A stretch of 63,837 nucleotides of DNA, the filler included, from Octopus bimaculoides (Eukaryota), in NCBI RefSeq assembly GCF_001194135.2. It is 6 parts of 5 records of this genome, joined end to end, with 100 filler letters (N's around TTAATTAATTAA, not from the genome) between each part and the next. Parts side by side here need not be neighbours in the genome. Positions count along the whole stretch, not along the records: positions 62,192 to 63,837 come from NW_026428633.1; 5 more parts are not named here. The stretch is one strand, 5' to 3'. This document shows, piece by piece, positions 62,192 through 63,837 of this stretch. The notes beneath the pieces are model-generated. The model was not told the DNA's origin, ran no database searches, and was given only the letters and a program-made list of their open reading frames with translations. A program made the position numbers and the translations under genes. Each line of letters opens with the position of its first letter. Positions within the stretch are counted from its first letter, which is position 1.

Positions 62192-63497
62192 CTTGTCCTC
62201 TCTCTTAACTGCTTCTCGTTCGCGGGTGATTTCTACCAGCAGTTCTAGGCAGTGGCCATGGGAACAAGAATGGGCCCCAACTATGTGAACCTGTTCGTTG
62301 GCTATGTTGAGGCCCAAATATTCTCAAGTTTCACTGGTCCTACTCCAGAACTATACGGTCATTATATTGACAACTGTATCGGTGCCACCTCACTCTCCCA
62401 CGAACATCTTGACTTGTTCCTCTCTTTTGTCCAATCCTTCCATCCTGCCGTCCACTTCTCCTGTACTATCTCTGACACCTCTGTCCCCTTTCTTGACATT
62501 TCGGTTAGCATCCATCACTCCACTCTTAGCACCTCCATCCACTACAAACACACAGACTCACACTCTTATCTTAACTTCTCCTCCTCCCACCCTAAACACA
62601 CCAAGCTTTTCATCCCCTATTCCCAATTCCTCCGTCTACGCNNNNNNNNNNNNNNNNNNNNNNNNNNNNNNNNNNNNNNNNNNNNNNNNNNNNNNNNNNN
62701 NNNNNNNNNNNNNNNNNNNNNNNNNNNNNNNNNNNNNNNNNNNNNNNNNNNNNNNNNNNNNNNNNNNNNNNNNNNNNNNNNNNNNNNNNNNNNNNNNNNN
62801 NNNNNNNNNNNNNNNNNNNNNNNNNNNNNNNNNNNNNNNNNNNNNNNNNNNNNNNNNNNNNACCTGCCCTGCTGTCTCCCGCCTCCCTTTCCCCCTCACC
62901 TACCATCCCACCAGCCTACCCCTCCAACGCACCATTCTCCGAGCTTTCTGATGCCTCCAGTCCGACCCCTCCACCTCCCACATCTTCCCTAATTGACCCC
63001 TCCACTCCTTCAAACGAGCCCATAACCTACGAGACCACTTGGTCCACAGCTTCTTCCCCAACCCAACCTCCCAACCTGGCTCATTCCCTTGCTCCCGCCC
63101 AATCTGCAGCACTTACCCTTACCTCTCCAACACCACCCTCCTCACCAGCACCCATCATCGACTCTATCTCATCACTGACTCCCTCACCTGCACTTCTACC
63201 AACATCATCTATTGCATCTCCTGCTCTCTCTGCCATTCTCTGTACATCGGACAAACAGGGCGCTGCCTGGCCAATCGATTCGCGGAACACCTCCAAACAA
63301 TCAAAGTTTGCAATGACACCCCGGTGTCATGCCATTTCCGCTCTGCTGGTCACTCCTTGCAGCAACACCTGTCCGTGTTTGGATTGTCCATGCACAGGGG
63401 CCATCCAGACACCCGTTTGTGCTGTGAACAGGGATTAATCTTCTCCCTTCGCTCCTTTGTGCCACATGGGCTCAACTCCCCTCCCCTCTTCATCTAA
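62192..63497 (+). mobile_element. Penelope-like element B (RT + GIY-YIG), different family, split by a gap
   Basis: AMGTRMGPNYVNLFVG, YIDNCIG, PFLDISV, TDSHSYLNFSSSHP, IPYSQFLRLR; then LTCTSTNIIYCISCSLCHSLYIGQTGRCLANRFAEH...HF...EQGLIFSLRSFVPHGLN; CT-rich 3' region to the window end. Confidence 0.95.
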
Positions 63498-63837
63498 CCC
63501 CCCTCTGCCCTGCCTCTCTCCTACCACCTATCTCCCCTCTCCTCCCACCCACCTCTCCCCTGTCCTCCCACTCCTACTTCTCTGTACTTCTCTTCATTCC
63601 TACTCTTTCTCTCTTTTCTTTTTCTCTCACTCTCTTCTCTCTTACTCTCTCTCTCTCACTCTCTTCTCTCTTACTCTCTTTCTCTCTCACTCTCTTTCTC
63701 TCTCTCTTACTCTCTTCTCTTTCTCCCTCCTCCCATACCCATCATCCCCCTCTCTTATATCCACCTTCCCCTTCCCCTTCATCGCCACCCCTCCCCCTTC
63801 ATCTTCAACCCTCCCTCATAAGCTCATAGCACCCCAA

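Overview
Repeat-rich eukaryotic genomic DNA, most likely an octopus (inferred from the tRNA-derived SINE types, dense TA/CA/GA microsatellites and many Tc1/mariner relics). The only host gene I can support is a minus-strand TRAF4 orthologue. Six coding exons lie at 393-4932, all with GT-AG junctions and one continuous frame: the end of the RING region, the TRAF zinc fingers, a coiled coil and the MATH domain. The first coding exon (RING) was not found. The rest is probably TRAF4 intron 1 (CpG-poor, to about 31.4 kb) followed by CpG-richer upstream or intergenic DNA. It is filled with SINEs, MITEs, Tc1/mariner fragments, Helitron pieces, R4-like, Tx1/L1-like, CR1-like and RTE-like LINE relics, two different Penelope-like elements, a 29-bp satellite and many assembly gaps. 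Five of the gaps are artificial 100-nt joins containing TTAATTAATTAA. Nearly all entries in the supplied ORF track are microsatellite or gap artefacts, or transposon relics. Best leads: (i) Penelope-type minimal hammerhead ribozyme motifs, one with a non-canonical CUGUCGA core; (ii) a near-perfect pre-miRNA-sized fold-back at the 5' junction of a truncated CR1-like LINE; (iii) the missing RING exon together with a CpG boundary; (iv) a nearly identical inverted retroposon pair in the intron; (v) module swapping between SINE families. I found no clear wholly new system. All repeat-family names come from my recognition of motifs and were not checked by database search.
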